Origin: Candidatus Nanohaloarchaea archaeon
Lineage (GTDB): Archaea; Nanohalarchaeota; Nanosalinia; Nanosalinales; Nanosalinaceae
Direction: 5' to 3'
DNA length: 64,000 nucleotides
NCBI GenBank assembly: GCA_014297435.1
Contig: JACOQA010000003.1
Coordinates: forward strand, 32,001 to 96,000
Below the pieces are notes generated by a model. The model did not search any database. It was not told the origin of the DNA and saw only the letters and a list, made by a program, of their open reading frames with translations. A program made the position numbers and the translations under genes. This document shows positions 18,561 through 28,970 of the stretch, piece after piece. Position 1 is the stretch's first letter. Each line of letters begins with the position of its first letter.

Positions 18561-18633
18561 GGCAAATAGTTATTTTCCCAAATTTTTTTCTCAAACTACT
18601 GGCTTTTTATTCCAGCCTCTATAATACAGAGGT

Positions 18634-19911
18634 ATGTCAAATGGAGTCTCGGACGATGTGAGCAGGGAAAAGCTCGAAAACGAGCTCAAAGGTATTGAAA
18701 CTTCTATTGAGGAGCTCCAAGAGCGTATAAGTGATATTGAAGACCGAGACATGATGGCTCAACTCGAATCTCTTTCTATTGAAGACGAAGTAAATGAGAT
18801 AGAGGAAATGCTCAATCACATGGACAAGGAAGAGCTAGAAAAACGGCTCAACATGGTTGAACAGATTAAAGAGGAATATCAAGAAGGAAAAGTACACGAG
18901 AAACTGGAGTACCTCTATGAGCAGATAAAAGAGATGAGAGAGAAAGAGTTTGAAGCACCTGAAATAGGTGAGGAGTTTGAAGAAAGATTAGAGGAAGTCG
19001 AACAGAAGGTGGAAAATGTTGAATCAGACTCTTCTATGCCAGAAAAATACAGAAAAGCTGTAAGATCTAACTATGAACAGATTAAGAATCTTAAACAGGA
19101 TGTTACAGAAGAAGGTTCCGGATCAGTAAGCCAGGAGAAACTTGAAAGAATAGAATCGAAGCTACAAGAATTAGAGCGGATGAAGGCAGGCTCTCAAGAA
19201 ACAGTAACTGTCGAAGAACCTGAAAGTAACCAGAACATGTCCGCTATAGAGTTCGATCTTAAGTCGATCAAATCCCGACTAGCGGAGGTAGAGAAACACG
19301 GCGCAGGCTCTAAAATCGACGAAGCCAATATAACCGAACTGAGGAAGAAAGTCAAAAGGCTCGAGAAAAGATTAGATCAACAGAACATCACTGAAGAAGA
19401 TCTTAACGATAGAACTGAGATTTTAAGACATGAGATGGATGATAAGTTAAGACGGATCGAATCCGAGCTTGAAAGAGCAGAGAGAAACGGAAAAGAAAGA
19501 ATAGAAAGCATGGAGCAACTTCTGCAGGAAAAAGTTCTTGATGAGTTTGAAGGTGAGGATGAGCTAGGCTCCAAGCTCGATAATTTAACAGAAGTTATCT
19601 CGGAAAACCAAGAATATATTGAGAAGCTGGAACAAAAGATTGCGGAATTAGAGAAGGAAAGATCTGAACTAGTTGAGCGAGAATCCGAGGTTGAGTCTGA
19701 AAAAGTAAAAGCGATGAGAGAAAGAATCGAAGAGCTAGAAAAGCGTACAGAAGAAGAACGGAGTCCTGACAGAGAGCCTAAAACCCTTGAAGAGAAGATA
19801 GACAACCTCGCAGAACATGTACTAAGGAATCAGGAGAAGATACACGATCTTGAGATGAAGATGGAATCAGATTCTGGCACCAGCCAAAGCGATGTAACAA
19901 TTATAAGCTGA
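18634..19911 (+). CDS. Long acidic coiled-coil protein
   Basis: Heptad-rich E/K/L composition over 425 aa; no TM segment or Walker motif. Confidence 0.8.
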   Translation: MSNGVSDDVSREKLENELKGIETSIEELQERISDIEDRDMMAQLESLSIEDEVNEIEEMLNHMDKEELEKRLNMVEQIKEEYQEGKVHEKLEYLYEQIKEMREKEFEAPEIGEEFEERLEEVEQKVENVESDSSMPEKYRKAVRSNYEQIKNLKQDVTEEGSGSVSQEKLERIESKLQELERMKAGSQETVTVEEPESNQNMSAIEFDLKSIKSRLAEVEKHGAGSKIDEANITELRKKVKRLEKRLDQQNITEEDLNDRTEILRHEMDDKLRRIESELERAERNGKERIESMEQLLQEKVLDEFEGEDELGSKLDNLTEVISENQEYIEKLEQKIAELEKERSELVERESEVESEKVKAMRERIEELEKRTEEERSPDREPKTLEEKIDNLAEHVLRNQEKIHDLEMKMESDSGTSQSDVTIIS

Positions 19912-20782
19912 GTATAAACGCGATTACTGAAAGACCGCCTATACCAAGTTCTGTTAGGAGAAGTGCGGCAGGGAACACCGGTATAAACCTTACACCTGTC
20001 TTTATACGGACCTTGTCTTTGTCTATAGAATTAATTTGTTCCTCCGTAATGCCTTTCACCTTTCCTCCCTGCTCCTCTGTATCGTCGAGAACATCTCCAG
20101 GCTCCAGATCTGAAACAGGTATCTTCTTTGTCATCAAGTCATCCTGTATAACTTTGAGATATCTGTAGAGAAATATCAGACCGAGTAAAATACCGAAGTA
20201 AAGAAGACTGACATAAAATCCTGTGACAGACATAAAGGCGGAGAGCAGCCCTGCGAACATTATCTCCATTGATATTCTTTTTTCCTGGGTTCTTACCGTC
20301 TTCCAGGTCTTCGAGAGAGCGTTGTTGCCTGTTGAAATATAGAATGCGTACCCTAAGCTGTAGATCATCCCAAGGAATAGTATGTTCAGAAATATGCTGA
20401 TTCCGAAAGATATTCCTGTACCCGAAATTGCGTAAGGTGTTCCAAAGCCGATCACGCTCATCGCAAATGCGTCAGCGCCACCCCACATACCTAAGAAGTA
20501 TAGTCCCCAGCCGTAAACCGAAAATGCTGCTCCGGCTCCGATCGACCAGAGAAGTGGGTCTCCAAGCGCCTGAAACCATATCAAAGGATCAGATAAAAGA
20601 GTAGCAAGGTTTGTTAATACAGCAAAATCCATGTGAGGGATTGAAGCCGTCAAATGCAGTCCTAGACCAGCTAAAACACCAACTATTGAGACTGTATCCG
20701 GGACTTCTGTGGTTTTCAGGTCGAACACCGCAGCCACTGAAAGCACAATAAACGCTATAGTATGGGACGCGGCTATGTACAT
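19901..20782 (-). CDS. Prepilin/prearchaellin peptidase (A24, PibD/FlaK-like)
   Basis: AVFDLKTTEVPD and MWGGADA aspartate motifs; C-terminal RFIPVF. Confidence 0.9.
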   Translation of the reverse strand: MYIAASHTIAFIVLSVAAVFDLKTTEVPDTVSIVGVLAGLGLHLTASIPHMDFAVLTNLATLLSDPLIWFQALGDPLLWSIGAGAAFSVYGWGLYFLGMWGGADAFAMSVIGFGTPYAISGTGISFGISIFLNILFLGMIYSLGYAFYISTGNNALSKTWKTVRTQEKRISMEIMFAGLLSAFMSVTGFYVSLLYFGILLGLIFLYRYLKVIQDDLMTKKIPVSDLEPGDVLDDTEEQGGKVKGITEEQINSIDKDKVRIKTGVRFIPVFPAALLLTELGIGGLSVIAFILSL

Positions 20783-20822
20783 ACTAGTCTTTAAGTTCAC
20801 TCGGAGTTATAAACTGTACAGT

Positions 20823-21281
20823 ATGAGGGATGTAGAGCTTCTTATTGACCCTGTCGCCGGGACTATCGTTGAGTCGGTTGACTCAGGTTCAGAAAATGTT
20901 GAAGTATTGTCAGATAAGCTGGGTGTAAGCGAAAAACGTCTTAGAAAAGCTGTAGACAGTCTGACAAGAGAAGGATTACTGAAAAGATCTGGCGACAACC
21001 TGGAGCTTAATGATGCCCAGATTAAGAAATTAAATCAGTATCTTTCCGAAGAGATTGACAAGGAACAGAGATTTATTGAGGAAAAATTTCTTGGAGGCTC
21101 AATAGACTTGGAAGAGTACAGATCTATGAACACGGATCTTGATTTTTCAGCAGTCGAGTTTCTTGAAAACGAAGAGAGTTCATCGGAAGCAATATCTGAA
21201 AACAATGACTCATCAGTGAATCACGAGTTTAGAGCAAAGAAGAAGGCTTTTGATACGACTGAACAGCTTCTTAATTCCTGA
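20823..21281 (+). CDS. Winged-HTH domain protein
   Basis: VEVLSDKLGVSEKRLRKAVDSLTREGLLKR; start revised to MRDVEL. Confidence 0.65.
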   Translation: MRDVELLIDPVAGTIVESVDSGSENVEVLSDKLGVSEKRLRKAVDSLTREGLLKRSGDNLELNDAQIKKLNQYLSEEIDKEQRFIEEKFLGGSIDLEEYRSMNTDLDFSAVEFLENEESSSEAISENNDSSVNHEFRAKKKAFDTTEQLLNS

Positions 21282-21346
21282 AAAAGGTTTTTCCACTTCT
21301 AAATCACAACGCTCTTTTTAAATGGAAGCCTGAAGAAATCGTAGAC

Positions 21347-23875
21347 ATGAACAACGTGCTCTGGTTCGATGAGATCGATTCCGACGACACCGCAAAGGTC
21401 GGAGGTAAAAGCGCAAACCTGGGAGAACTCAGCAACAACGTCAACGTACCTGTACTTCCGGGCTTCGCGACAACCGCTGACGCATACGATACCTTCATCA
21501 AGGAAACCGGACTGAAGGAAAAGATCGAAAGACTGATCGATGGAATGGACATAGATGACATTAACAGCCTTCAGAGAACAGGAAAACAGATCAGAGCACA
21601 TATCAAAGAAGCAGAGATGCCGGAATCCCTCAGAAAAGACTTCATTAAATCATACGAAGAACTCGAGGAGGATTTAGGAGTAGAAAATCCGGAAGTTGCA
21701 GTAAGATCTTCAGCAACAGCCGAAGACCTGCCCGGAGCTTCGTTTGCAGGTCAACAGGAAACCTATCTAAACGTTTCCGGCAAACAAGACCTAATTAAAA
21801 GAATTAAGGACTGTTTCGCCTCCCTCTTCACAAATCGAGCGATTTCATACAGAGAGGACAAGGGATTCTCACACTTCGACGTCAAGCTTTCTGCAGTAGT
21901 ACAGAAAATGGGTCGTTCAGATATTGGAGCAGCAGGAGTCATGTTCACACTCGACCCTGACTCAGGATTCGAAAACGTAGTAACTATCAACGGTAGCTAC
22001 GGTCTCGGAGAATACGTTGTACTGGGAGAGGTCAACCCAGACGAGTTCACAGTATTCAAGGAGAACATGGGAATAATCGAAAGAAAACTGGGTGATAAAG
22101 AAGTCAAACTTGTCAGAAACGAAGATCATGAGAAAGGTGACAACCAGGAGAACGTCGAGAAAAACGTTCCGATGAACGACAGAGAAAAGTTCTGCATAAC
22201 CGATAACCAGGTGAAGGAGCTTGCTAACTATGCCGTAGAGATTGAAGAACACTACGGAAAGCCTATGGATATTGAATGGGTTTACGATGGTCAGACAAAA
22301 GAGCTTTACATTGTCCAGGCAAGACCTGAAACTGTTCAGGCAGAGAAAGATGAAAACGTAATCGAAGACTACAAGTTGAAGGAGGAATCAGAAGTCTTGC
22401 TTGAAGGAGAAGCCATCGGATCAAAGATCGGTTCCGGCAAGGCTCACGTCCTTGACAGCCCGAAGCAGATCGACCAGTTCGAGGAAGGCGAAGTGTTAGT
22501 TACTGACATGACCGACCCTGACTGGGAACCGATCATGAAGAAGGCTGGCGCAATTATAACCAACAAAGGTGGAAGAACTTCTCACGCTGCAATTGTTTCG
22601 AGAGAGATCGGGGTTCCCGCAGTTATTGGTACGGAGAACGCAACATCTCAGTTGAAGGACGATCAATCAGTAACCGTTGACTGTTCTAGTTCTACTGGAA
22701 AAGTTTGGGAGAAAGAGTTAGAGTTCGAGGTCCAGGAACACCATATCGACAGTATTCCGGAGACAGAGACCGATGTGCAGCTGAATATTGGGGAGCCAAG
22801 TGAAGCTTTCCATTTGGCACAGTTGCCTGTCGACGGTGTTGGACTCGCTAGAGAGGAGTTCATAATTTCCTCCCACGTCGGAGAGCATCCTCTCAAACTT
22901 ATTGAGGAGGATCGTGAGGAGGAATATACTCAAGCTCTTAGATCCGGTATCGGAAAGATCGCGGCAGCATTCTATCCGGACCAGGTTGTCGTACGTTTGA
23001 GCGATTTCAAGTCGGACGAGTACGCACAGCTTGAAGGCGGAGAAGATTACGAACCTGACGAAGCCAACCCTATGATAGGGTTTAGAGGCGCCTCACGTTA
23101 CTATGATGAGCAGTTCGCTAGGGCGTTCGAACTCGAATGTAAAGCACTGCGAAAATGTGTTGATGAGTTAGATCTGGATAACCTTACTGTGATGGTGCCT
23201 TTCTGCCGCACAGTACAGGAAGGAAAGAACGTCCGTGCCAAGATGAAGGAGTACGGACTGGATCAAGGCGACATCAACGTGTATGTCATGGCTGAGATAC
23301 CTGCAAACATCATCAGAGCCGAAGAGTTTGCCCAGGTGTTCGATGGTTTCTCGATCGGTACAAACGACCTGACCCAGTTAACTCTAGGAGTTGATAGGAA
23401 TTCGGATAAACTGGCAGAACTATTTGATGAAAGAGATCCTGCAGTTAAAGAATCTGTCAGAAAGCTTATTGGAAAAGCTCATTCCGAGAACGCACACGTG
23501 GGAATCTGTGGAGATGCACCTTCGACACACGAAGGATACGCAGAGTTCCTTGTCGGACAGGGAATCGACGCAGTCTCGGTATCTCCGGACGTGGCACTCG
23601 AAACAGTCATGAAGGTTGCCGAAGCTGAAGAAGATCTGGATGACGAAATCAGTTACGAGTTTTCGGTGGATGCGATGATCGGTACACCTGCTGGAAACGT
23701 CTATGAGACTTTGAAGAGTCATGGAACAGCTTCTGCTGAGAAGCTTATGGATTATACTTCGAAGAAGGTTGATGGAAAAAGTTTGAACCAGGCATTAGGT
23801 TGGCTGGCGAAAGAAGGAAAGGTAAAGGCGGAGAACCACGACGGCAAAGTGGTTTACCGGCTCGATGAGAGCTAG
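21347..23875 (+). CDS. ppsA: Phosphoenolpyruvate synthase with C-terminal winged-helix extension
   Basis: VGGKSANLGEL, VAVRSSATAEDLPGASFAGQQET, GGRTSHAAI, SIGTNDLTQ, GICG; about 75 extra C-terminal residues. Confidence 0.97.
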   Translation: MNNVLWFDEIDSDDTAKVGGKSANLGELSNNVNVPVLPGFATTADAYDTFIKETGLKEKIERLIDGMDIDDINSLQRTGKQIRAHIKEAEMPESLRKDFIKSYEELEEDLGVENPEVAVRSSATAEDLPGASFAGQQETYLNVSGKQDLIKRIKDCFASLFTNRAISYREDKGFSHFDVKLSAVVQKMGRSDIGAAGVMFTLDPDSGFENVVTINGSYGLGEYVVLGEVNPDEFTVFKENMGIIERKLGDKEVKLVRNEDHEKGDNQENVEKNVPMNDREKFCITDNQVKELANYAVEIEEHYGKPMDIEWVYDGQTKELYIVQARPETVQAEKDENVIEDYKLKEESEVLLEGEAIGSKIGSGKAHVLDSPKQIDQFEEGEVLVTDMTDPDWEPIMKKAGAIITNKGGRTSHAAIVSREIGVPAVIGTENATSQLKDDQSVTVDCSSSTGKVWEKELEFEVQEHHIDSIPETETDVQLNIGEPSEAFHLAQLPVDGVGLAREEFIISSHVGEHPLKLIEEDREEEYTQALRSGIGKIAAAFYPDQVVVRLSDFKSDEYAQLEGGEDYEPDEANPMIGFRGASRYYDEQFARAFELECKALRKCVDELDLDNLTVMVPFCRTVQEGKNVRAKMKEYGLDQGDINVYVMAEIPANIIRAEEFAQVFDGFSIGTNDLTQLTLGVDRNSDKLAELFDERDPAVKESVRKLIGKAHSENAHVGICGDAPSTHEGYAEFLVGQGIDAVSVSPDVALETVMKVAEAEEDLDDEISYEFSVDAMIGTPAGNVYETLKSHGTASAEKLMDYTSKKVDGKSLNQALGWLAKEGKVKAENHDGKVVYRLDES

Positions 23876-24285
23876 CGGAGTGTTACTATTCTTCTTTCCG
23901 CTACTTCTCCATCATGTACAACTGAGAGAATGTAGTTGCCAGGTCCAGGCTTGCTATCAGTTTCTACATCGTAGACTACTGATGCCAGGCAGTTATAGTA
24001 GAAGCTCTCTGGTTCTTCTACGTCACTAACGTCAACCTCTAAAGTTATTCTGTTGCTGCTTACTGAGTACGAGACCTTTGGTTCTTGTTGAATATTGTTT
24101 ACTGGGAAGTTTCCGGAAAACCTCAGGCTGTCCGCCTTTATATCTACTGTCTGACCAGGACTGTTTCTGTACTGGCATTCTGTTTCGAGATCTTTCACAT
24201 TCATGCTTGTACCGTTGCCGGCGAATAGCACCATTATTACTCCGATCACGAAAACTGATGTTACCACGATCCAGAACTTATCCAT
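23872..24285 (-). CDS. Membrane-anchored extracellular hypothetical protein
   Basis: N-terminal TM (MDKFWIVV...), Cys pair, beta-rich. Confidence 0.7.
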   Translation of the reverse strand: MDKFWIVVTSVFVIGVIMVLFAGNGTSMNVKDLETECQYRNSPGQTVDIKADSLRFSGNFPVNNIQQEPKVSYSVSSNRITLEVDVSDVEEPESFYYNCLASVVYDVETDSKPGPGNYILSVVHDGEVAERRIVTLR

Positions 24286-24391
24286 AATTACTGCTTGTTG
24301 GTAAAGAATTATATAGATGGCTGGAAAACAGCGTAAGAAACCCTTCAAACAGCACTTGATTTATTAACAGGCTCGCACAATTGTTCCGTAT

Positions 24392-25174
24392 ATGGACAGA
24401 GGTCGTGTAATCGGACTGATCTCCGGAAAAGGCGGAGTAGGAAAGACCAGCCTAGGAGTCAACCTGGGAATAGGCCTCTCAGAGTTCGGACAGGAAGTAA
24501 CAGTAGTCGACGCAGACTTCTCAGCATCAAACCTGGGAGTACACCTAGGAAAGTACGAACATCCTGTCAAAGTACAACACGTTCTTGACGGAAACTCAGA
24601 TCCAGAAAACGCAATATTCAGACACCCCAGCGGAATAAAGGCAGCGGTATCTTCTAACGAAATACATCATGTAGAACCCGAAGCCGGTAACCTCGCGCAC
24701 CTATTGAACGAGGCAGCACAGAATTCAGACTATGTGATTGTGGACTGCCCGCCAGGACTAAACTCGACGGTTGAGAAAGTTATGGAGTCATGCGATGAGC
24801 TCATCATAATCACGATGCCGACACAGACCTCAGGTATTAATGCGGCGCAGATAATAGAAAAGGCCAAACAGATGCGGCAGCCAATCCTGGGGACAGTGAT
24901 CAACATGTCAGAAGGTGAGCCCGACAGAGAACTTATCCAGAGAGAAGTCGAGATGATGACCGAATCGGATACAATTGCCGAGATACCATACGATGAGAAG
25001 GTGAAGGAAAGCCTTTTCCAGAACACTCCGCTTCTAAAGCACGAACCCTTATCTGAGGCATCGATCGAGATCAAAAAGCTGGCTGCAGCACTGGAAGGAG
25101 TCCAGTATGAAGAACCTAGGTTTGCAGGTTTGAAAAGAAAGCTGAATAACATTACCGATACTCTGAAGAAATAG
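24392..25174 (+). CDS. minD: MinD/ParA family ATPase
   Basis: Deviant Walker A SGKGGVGKT, VVDAD, IVDCPPG, IPYD. Confidence 0.88.
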   Translation: MDRGRVIGLISGKGGVGKTSLGVNLGIGLSEFGQEVTVVDADFSASNLGVHLGKYEHPVKVQHVLDGNSDPENAIFRHPSGIKAAVSSNEIHHVEPEAGNLAHLLNEAAQNSDYVIVDCPPGLNSTVEKVMESCDELIIITMPTQTSGINAAQIIEKAKQMRQPILGTVINMSEGEPDRELIQREVEMMTESDTIAEIPYDEKVKESLFQNTPLLKHEPLSEASIEIKKLAAALEGVQYEEPRFAGLKRKLNNITDTLKK

Positions 25175-25314
25175 ACTTCTTGCCTTCTATAAACAATAAT
25201 TAACCTACTATAGTTATGGTAATCGAAGAAGCACGAAAATTATAGAGCTAAAAATTTACAGTAACATAATTTTCACCAACTTAATCAACTAACATCTATA
25301 GTTGACTAGAAAGA

Positions 25315-28176
25315 TTATTCGTCTTCGTGCATCATCTGTTCGTGAAGCTTCCGCCCCGACTCCGTATCAAACTCTTTACCACACTCAGGACACACAGTTT
25401 CATCCGCGCCATCTTCTTCACCTTCCTCGTCTTCATTCTCTACAGGATCCTGGTCATCTTCAATCTGTTCTGTTTCTTCCATCTCTTCTTCCTCATTTTC
25501 ATCTTCGTCCTCGAGTTCTGCGATCTCTTCTATCTTCTGATCAACCTCATCGTCTTCAATATCGCTCATCTGTTCTATCGCTTCATCGATCTCATCCTCC
25601 TCTGGTTCAGAACCACTGAGATCAGGTCTCTGAATCTTAGGTCTGCCGCCGCTTCTCGAACCTCTCTGTTCTCTATCGGACCCCGAATCATTCTTTTTCT
25701 TCTTCACAGCTCCCGCAAAAACCATCATCCCAAGCATTACGAGACCGAGAATCAAGTTAGTTGAGGAAACATTCGCCGCTCCTGTTGCTTCACCTATGAT
25801 TCTATTGACTTCGGAAGTCAATCCCTGACCTGTATTATCGTTGCTATCTTCTTCGGATTCATCAGATGAAGCATTCACAGTTCTTGAAGGAACGACCTGT
25901 GTCTGAATCTCCTTCTCTTCCTCAACACTTGTTTCGTCCGAGTTTCCTGATATCTTGACTGTGAAAGAAGGATAGTCCGAACATCCGTTAGTACAGAATC
26001 CGGAAGGTATCTCGATGTTTGCGGTTAATTCTGCTGATTCTCCGGTCGAAAGTTCTGCAATCGATGTCCCGGATAGATCGACGTTATCGTAACCTTCTGT
26101 GGAGAGCTCAATGTTCTCTACTTTTCTCTGTCCGGGATTGCTTATTGTTAAAGTTAGATTGTTTGATTCGCCTTCGTCCACCCTGATTGAATCCATCGAT
26201 TCGATAGATAATGCTCTCTCAACGTAGACATCTACTTTCTTTTCAAACGTCCTTTCGATCGACTGGTAAGGGCTTTTTGATGCCTCTACTTTGATTGAGT
26301 AATTGCCTTTCTCTTCAGGTACCGGTTCGTTGATTGAGAACTTTCCATCTATATCGGTTTCTGTTGAGTATGTTTCGACCGTTCTGCTTCCCTCGACATA
26401 GCTAACGTCTACATTTGCCGAGTTTACGAATTCATCTTTCGCGTTAACTATTCTTCCGCTTACCTCTACTTTCTCTCCTCCGGCTGCCTTGCCGCCGACA
26501 CTACCTGAAATTCTGATACCGTTATTTAGAGATAGTCCAGAATTGGTACCTACAACATAGGCGTTCATCAAAGTCTTTTTCTCCGAACCCCCTACGTCTT
26601 CCGAGACCTCGTGAAGTTCAAGATCTTCGATATTTACTTCGTTGCTGTAGAGGTTGACCGACACCTGATCATCATCCATCTTCGACCAGCCTCCGACACA
26701 GTCTCTTTTCTCGAAGTTCCAGAAACTGCACTCGTATACCTGTGCCTCATCATAGTTCAGCCTTGCAGGATCATACTTCATTGATGCCGAAGCTGATCCG
26801 CCAACATCGTAAGCGAAACTGATAGACATCATATTCACAGGTTTAACCCCGGAAATATCAACTGAGGGGTTTGTCCAGTACTGAAAGCTGATCGGTCTTG
26901 AAGTAACCGAAGTGGAACCATCCGAAAGATCAGCATCACCAATCATGAAGTTTGCGTCGGGACTTGCCTTACCTCTATCGTAGAAGCTCATATTCAGATC
27001 GTACTCTGAATCCGGTTCAACGAATGTCCTGTACTTCCCGTTGCTTCCTGTCGAAACCGAGTAACTTGTATCATCCGTATTCAGAATCATGTCAGTCTGT
27101 ATAACGTTTCCTTTCGAATCCCTGATCGTTCCCGAGAAATCAATCTTTTTATCTACTCTTGTCTCACCTATCTTGAATTTCTTGAAGTCTTCATCTCCAT
27201 ATTCTATGTACGTGCTGAACTCGTAGCTCCCTATTGGCAGTTCATCTGGGAACTGATTCAGTCTTATCTCGTATTCTCCATCCTGAGCAGTGTCATCAAG
27301 CTCAAACCAATGCTTTTCCTCCACCGAGTAATCCTCCTCAGACTCTATATCCTCAATACTTATGACGAAATTTTCTGAACTTATTGAGACCGCTTCATTG
27401 GAATCCTGACTTATGTCCATTCGGTAAGAGAAATCTCTCTTTACCTCACTAAAATCCATATTACCTGGAGGATTTTCGTAGATGTTCGAAATCTGGATTT
27501 TGTGAACTGTAGTGTTCAAATCAATTTTGTGGATTCTCTTTCCCGTGTCCTTATCTGTAATATAGAGGTAGTTTTCTTGTCCGGGCAGGATATATTCGTT
27601 TACCAGAGGATTAAGAATGGCTTTCATCTTAGATCCAGGACTTATAGTTTCAAGATCTTTCTCCTCATCTTCTAAAGATAGCTCTTTTCCTGGTCTTGGA
27701 GAATCGAATTCAAACCCTACATCCTGAGAACTAATTTCCTGTGAATCACTTGATTCTATTTCTAATCCGTCAACAACAATAGGTCTTGTAAATTTTTTCT
27801 TACCGATTTTAGAGCCTACAAAGCCCTCACCATGTCTTTTGGTATCATATTTAACTTCCTTCAATTCAAAAGATCCTTCAGAACTGCTGGCATTAGAGCA
27901 CTTTACCTCGTACTCACCTACGTCTAATCCTTCACTTATTGCATCTGTCGTTAGATTCTTTCCTACCTCTGAATAGCTGGATGCACCCTTAGCTTTGTAC
28001 TCGAGATTTTCTCCACCACATGAACCTACTGCTATTTTTTCAACTGTGCCATTCCAGTAACCGTTTTTCCATACTGTTTCATGTTGGATAGTCAAACCAG
28101 CGGATCCGAGACCTACAAACGTGAAGAAGGCGAGTGCAAGAAGCAAGGTTTTTCTGGATCCGTCTATCAGGTCCAT
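25315..28176 (-). CDS. Large single-pass surface protein (Ig/CARDB-like repeats) with acidic cytoplasmic tail and C2H2 zinc finger
   Basis: Signal peptide, beta-rich body, TM LILGLVMLGMMVFAGAV-KKKK, CPECGKEFDTESGRKLHEQMMH. Confidence 0.85.
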   Translation of the reverse strand: MDLIDGSRKTLLLALAFFTFVGLGSAGLTIQHETVWKNGYWNGTVEKIAVGSCGGENLEYKAKGASSYSEVGKNLTTDAISEGLDVGEYEVKCSNASSSEGSFELKEVKYDTKRHGEGFVGSKIGKKKFTRPIVVDGLEIESSDSQEISSQDVGFEFDSPRPGKELSLEDEEKDLETISPGSKMKAILNPLVNEYILPGQENYLYITDKDTGKRIHKIDLNTTVHKIQISNIYENPPGNMDFSEVKRDFSYRMDISQDSNEAVSISSENFVISIEDIESEEDYSVEEKHWFELDDTAQDGEYEIRLNQFPDELPIGSYEFSTYIEYGDEDFKKFKIGETRVDKKIDFSGTIRDSKGNVIQTDMILNTDDTSYSVSTGSNGKYRTFVEPDSEYDLNMSFYDRGKASPDANFMIGDADLSDGSTSVTSRPISFQYWTNPSVDISGVKPVNMMSISFAYDVGGSASASMKYDPARLNYDEAQVYECSFWNFEKRDCVGGWSKMDDDQVSVNLYSNEVNIEDLELHEVSEDVGGSEKKTLMNAYVVGTNSGLSLNNGIRISGSVGGKAAGGEKVEVSGRIVNAKDEFVNSANVDVSYVEGSRTVETYSTETDIDGKFSINEPVPEEKGNYSIKVEASKSPYQSIERTFEKKVDVYVERALSIESMDSIRVDEGESNNLTLTISNPGQRKVENIELSTEGYDNVDLSGTSIAELSTGESAELTANIEIPSGFCTNGCSDYPSFTVKISGNSDETSVEEEKEIQTQVVPSRTVNASSDESEEDSNDNTGQGLTSEVNRIIGEATGAANVSSTNLILGLVMLGMMVFAGAVKKKKNDSGSDREQRGSRSGGRPKIQRPDLSGSEPEEDEIDEAIEQMSDIEDDEVDQKIEEIAELEDEDENEEEEMEETEQIEDDQDPVENEDEEGEEDGADETVCPECGKEFDTESGRKLHEQMMHEDE

Positions 28177-28211
28177 CTTTAACCATAAATTCGTTTTAAC
28201 CGTTTAAAACT

Positions 28212-28970
28212 TTACTTTCTAGACCTGAGGACCAGCAGTATTAGAATTAGGTTCAGAAGTACTGAAACCGCTAAACCTATTCCAAGCTGGCTTTTCGTAA
28301 ACCTGTCAAGAACCGTCTCTTTTTTCCAGAGGCTAACTTGGTAGTAATCAGTCTCTCCATCCGAGTAAACTGCGTAGGTCAGGTTGGTTCCTTCTCTAAA
28401 GATCGGTGCTTCATACTCTATCTCTGCAGTTCCATTAACTATTCTTGAAGGACCTGGCTTCCATTTCGCAGGAGAATCAACGGGAACCATGATTCCCTCC
28501 TCTCTGTCCATTTCTAACTTGGCGGAAGTGTTAGTGACTTGTTCAGCTACAACTTTGGTTTCGTTCTCAGGAAGTACTCTTTCGTCTATCTGAACGCTGA
28601 AGTTATCGATATTCTTCTCCTTCCCACAGTACATTATACTTAGATTTCCGTTTATCTCACCGGTATAATTTGTAGGCATCATTCTTAGCTCTAGATCTGT
28701 AGTGGTTCCTGGCCAGAGAGCTTTCTCATTTGAGAAGGATTCCTCCGTCCTATTACTGAAGCTGTAGTAACCTTTCATCCTGTAACTACATCCTAAAGAA
28801 CCTGTATTGGTTACAGTGGTTGAAGCGGAAGGCGGGAAAGAACTGTTTACATTAGTATTGTGTGTGGATACCTCTGTCTTCGTATCAACTGAAACATCAA
28901 AAGTTAGCGCAGATACTCCTCCTAACAGAATTAAAAATGCTGAGGTAATTATCAAGGTCTTCTTTTTCAT
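28212..28970 (-). CDS. Secreted protein with C-terminal TM anchor
   Basis: Signal peptide, NTGS..C and LWPG Ig-like motifs, TM followed by RSRK. Confidence 0.8.
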   Translation of the reverse strand: MKKKTLIITSAFLILLGGVSALTFDVSVDTKTEVSTHNTNVNSSFPPSASTTVTNTGSLGCSYRMKGYYSFSNRTEESFSNEKALWPGTTTDLELRMMPTNYTGEINGNLSIMYCGKEKNIDNFSVQIDERVLPENETKVVAEQVTNTSAKLEMDREEGIMVPVDSPAKWKPGPSRIVNGTAEIEYEAPIFREGTNLTYAVYSDGETDYYQVSLWKKETVLDRFTKSQLGIGLAVSVLLNLILILLVLRSRK

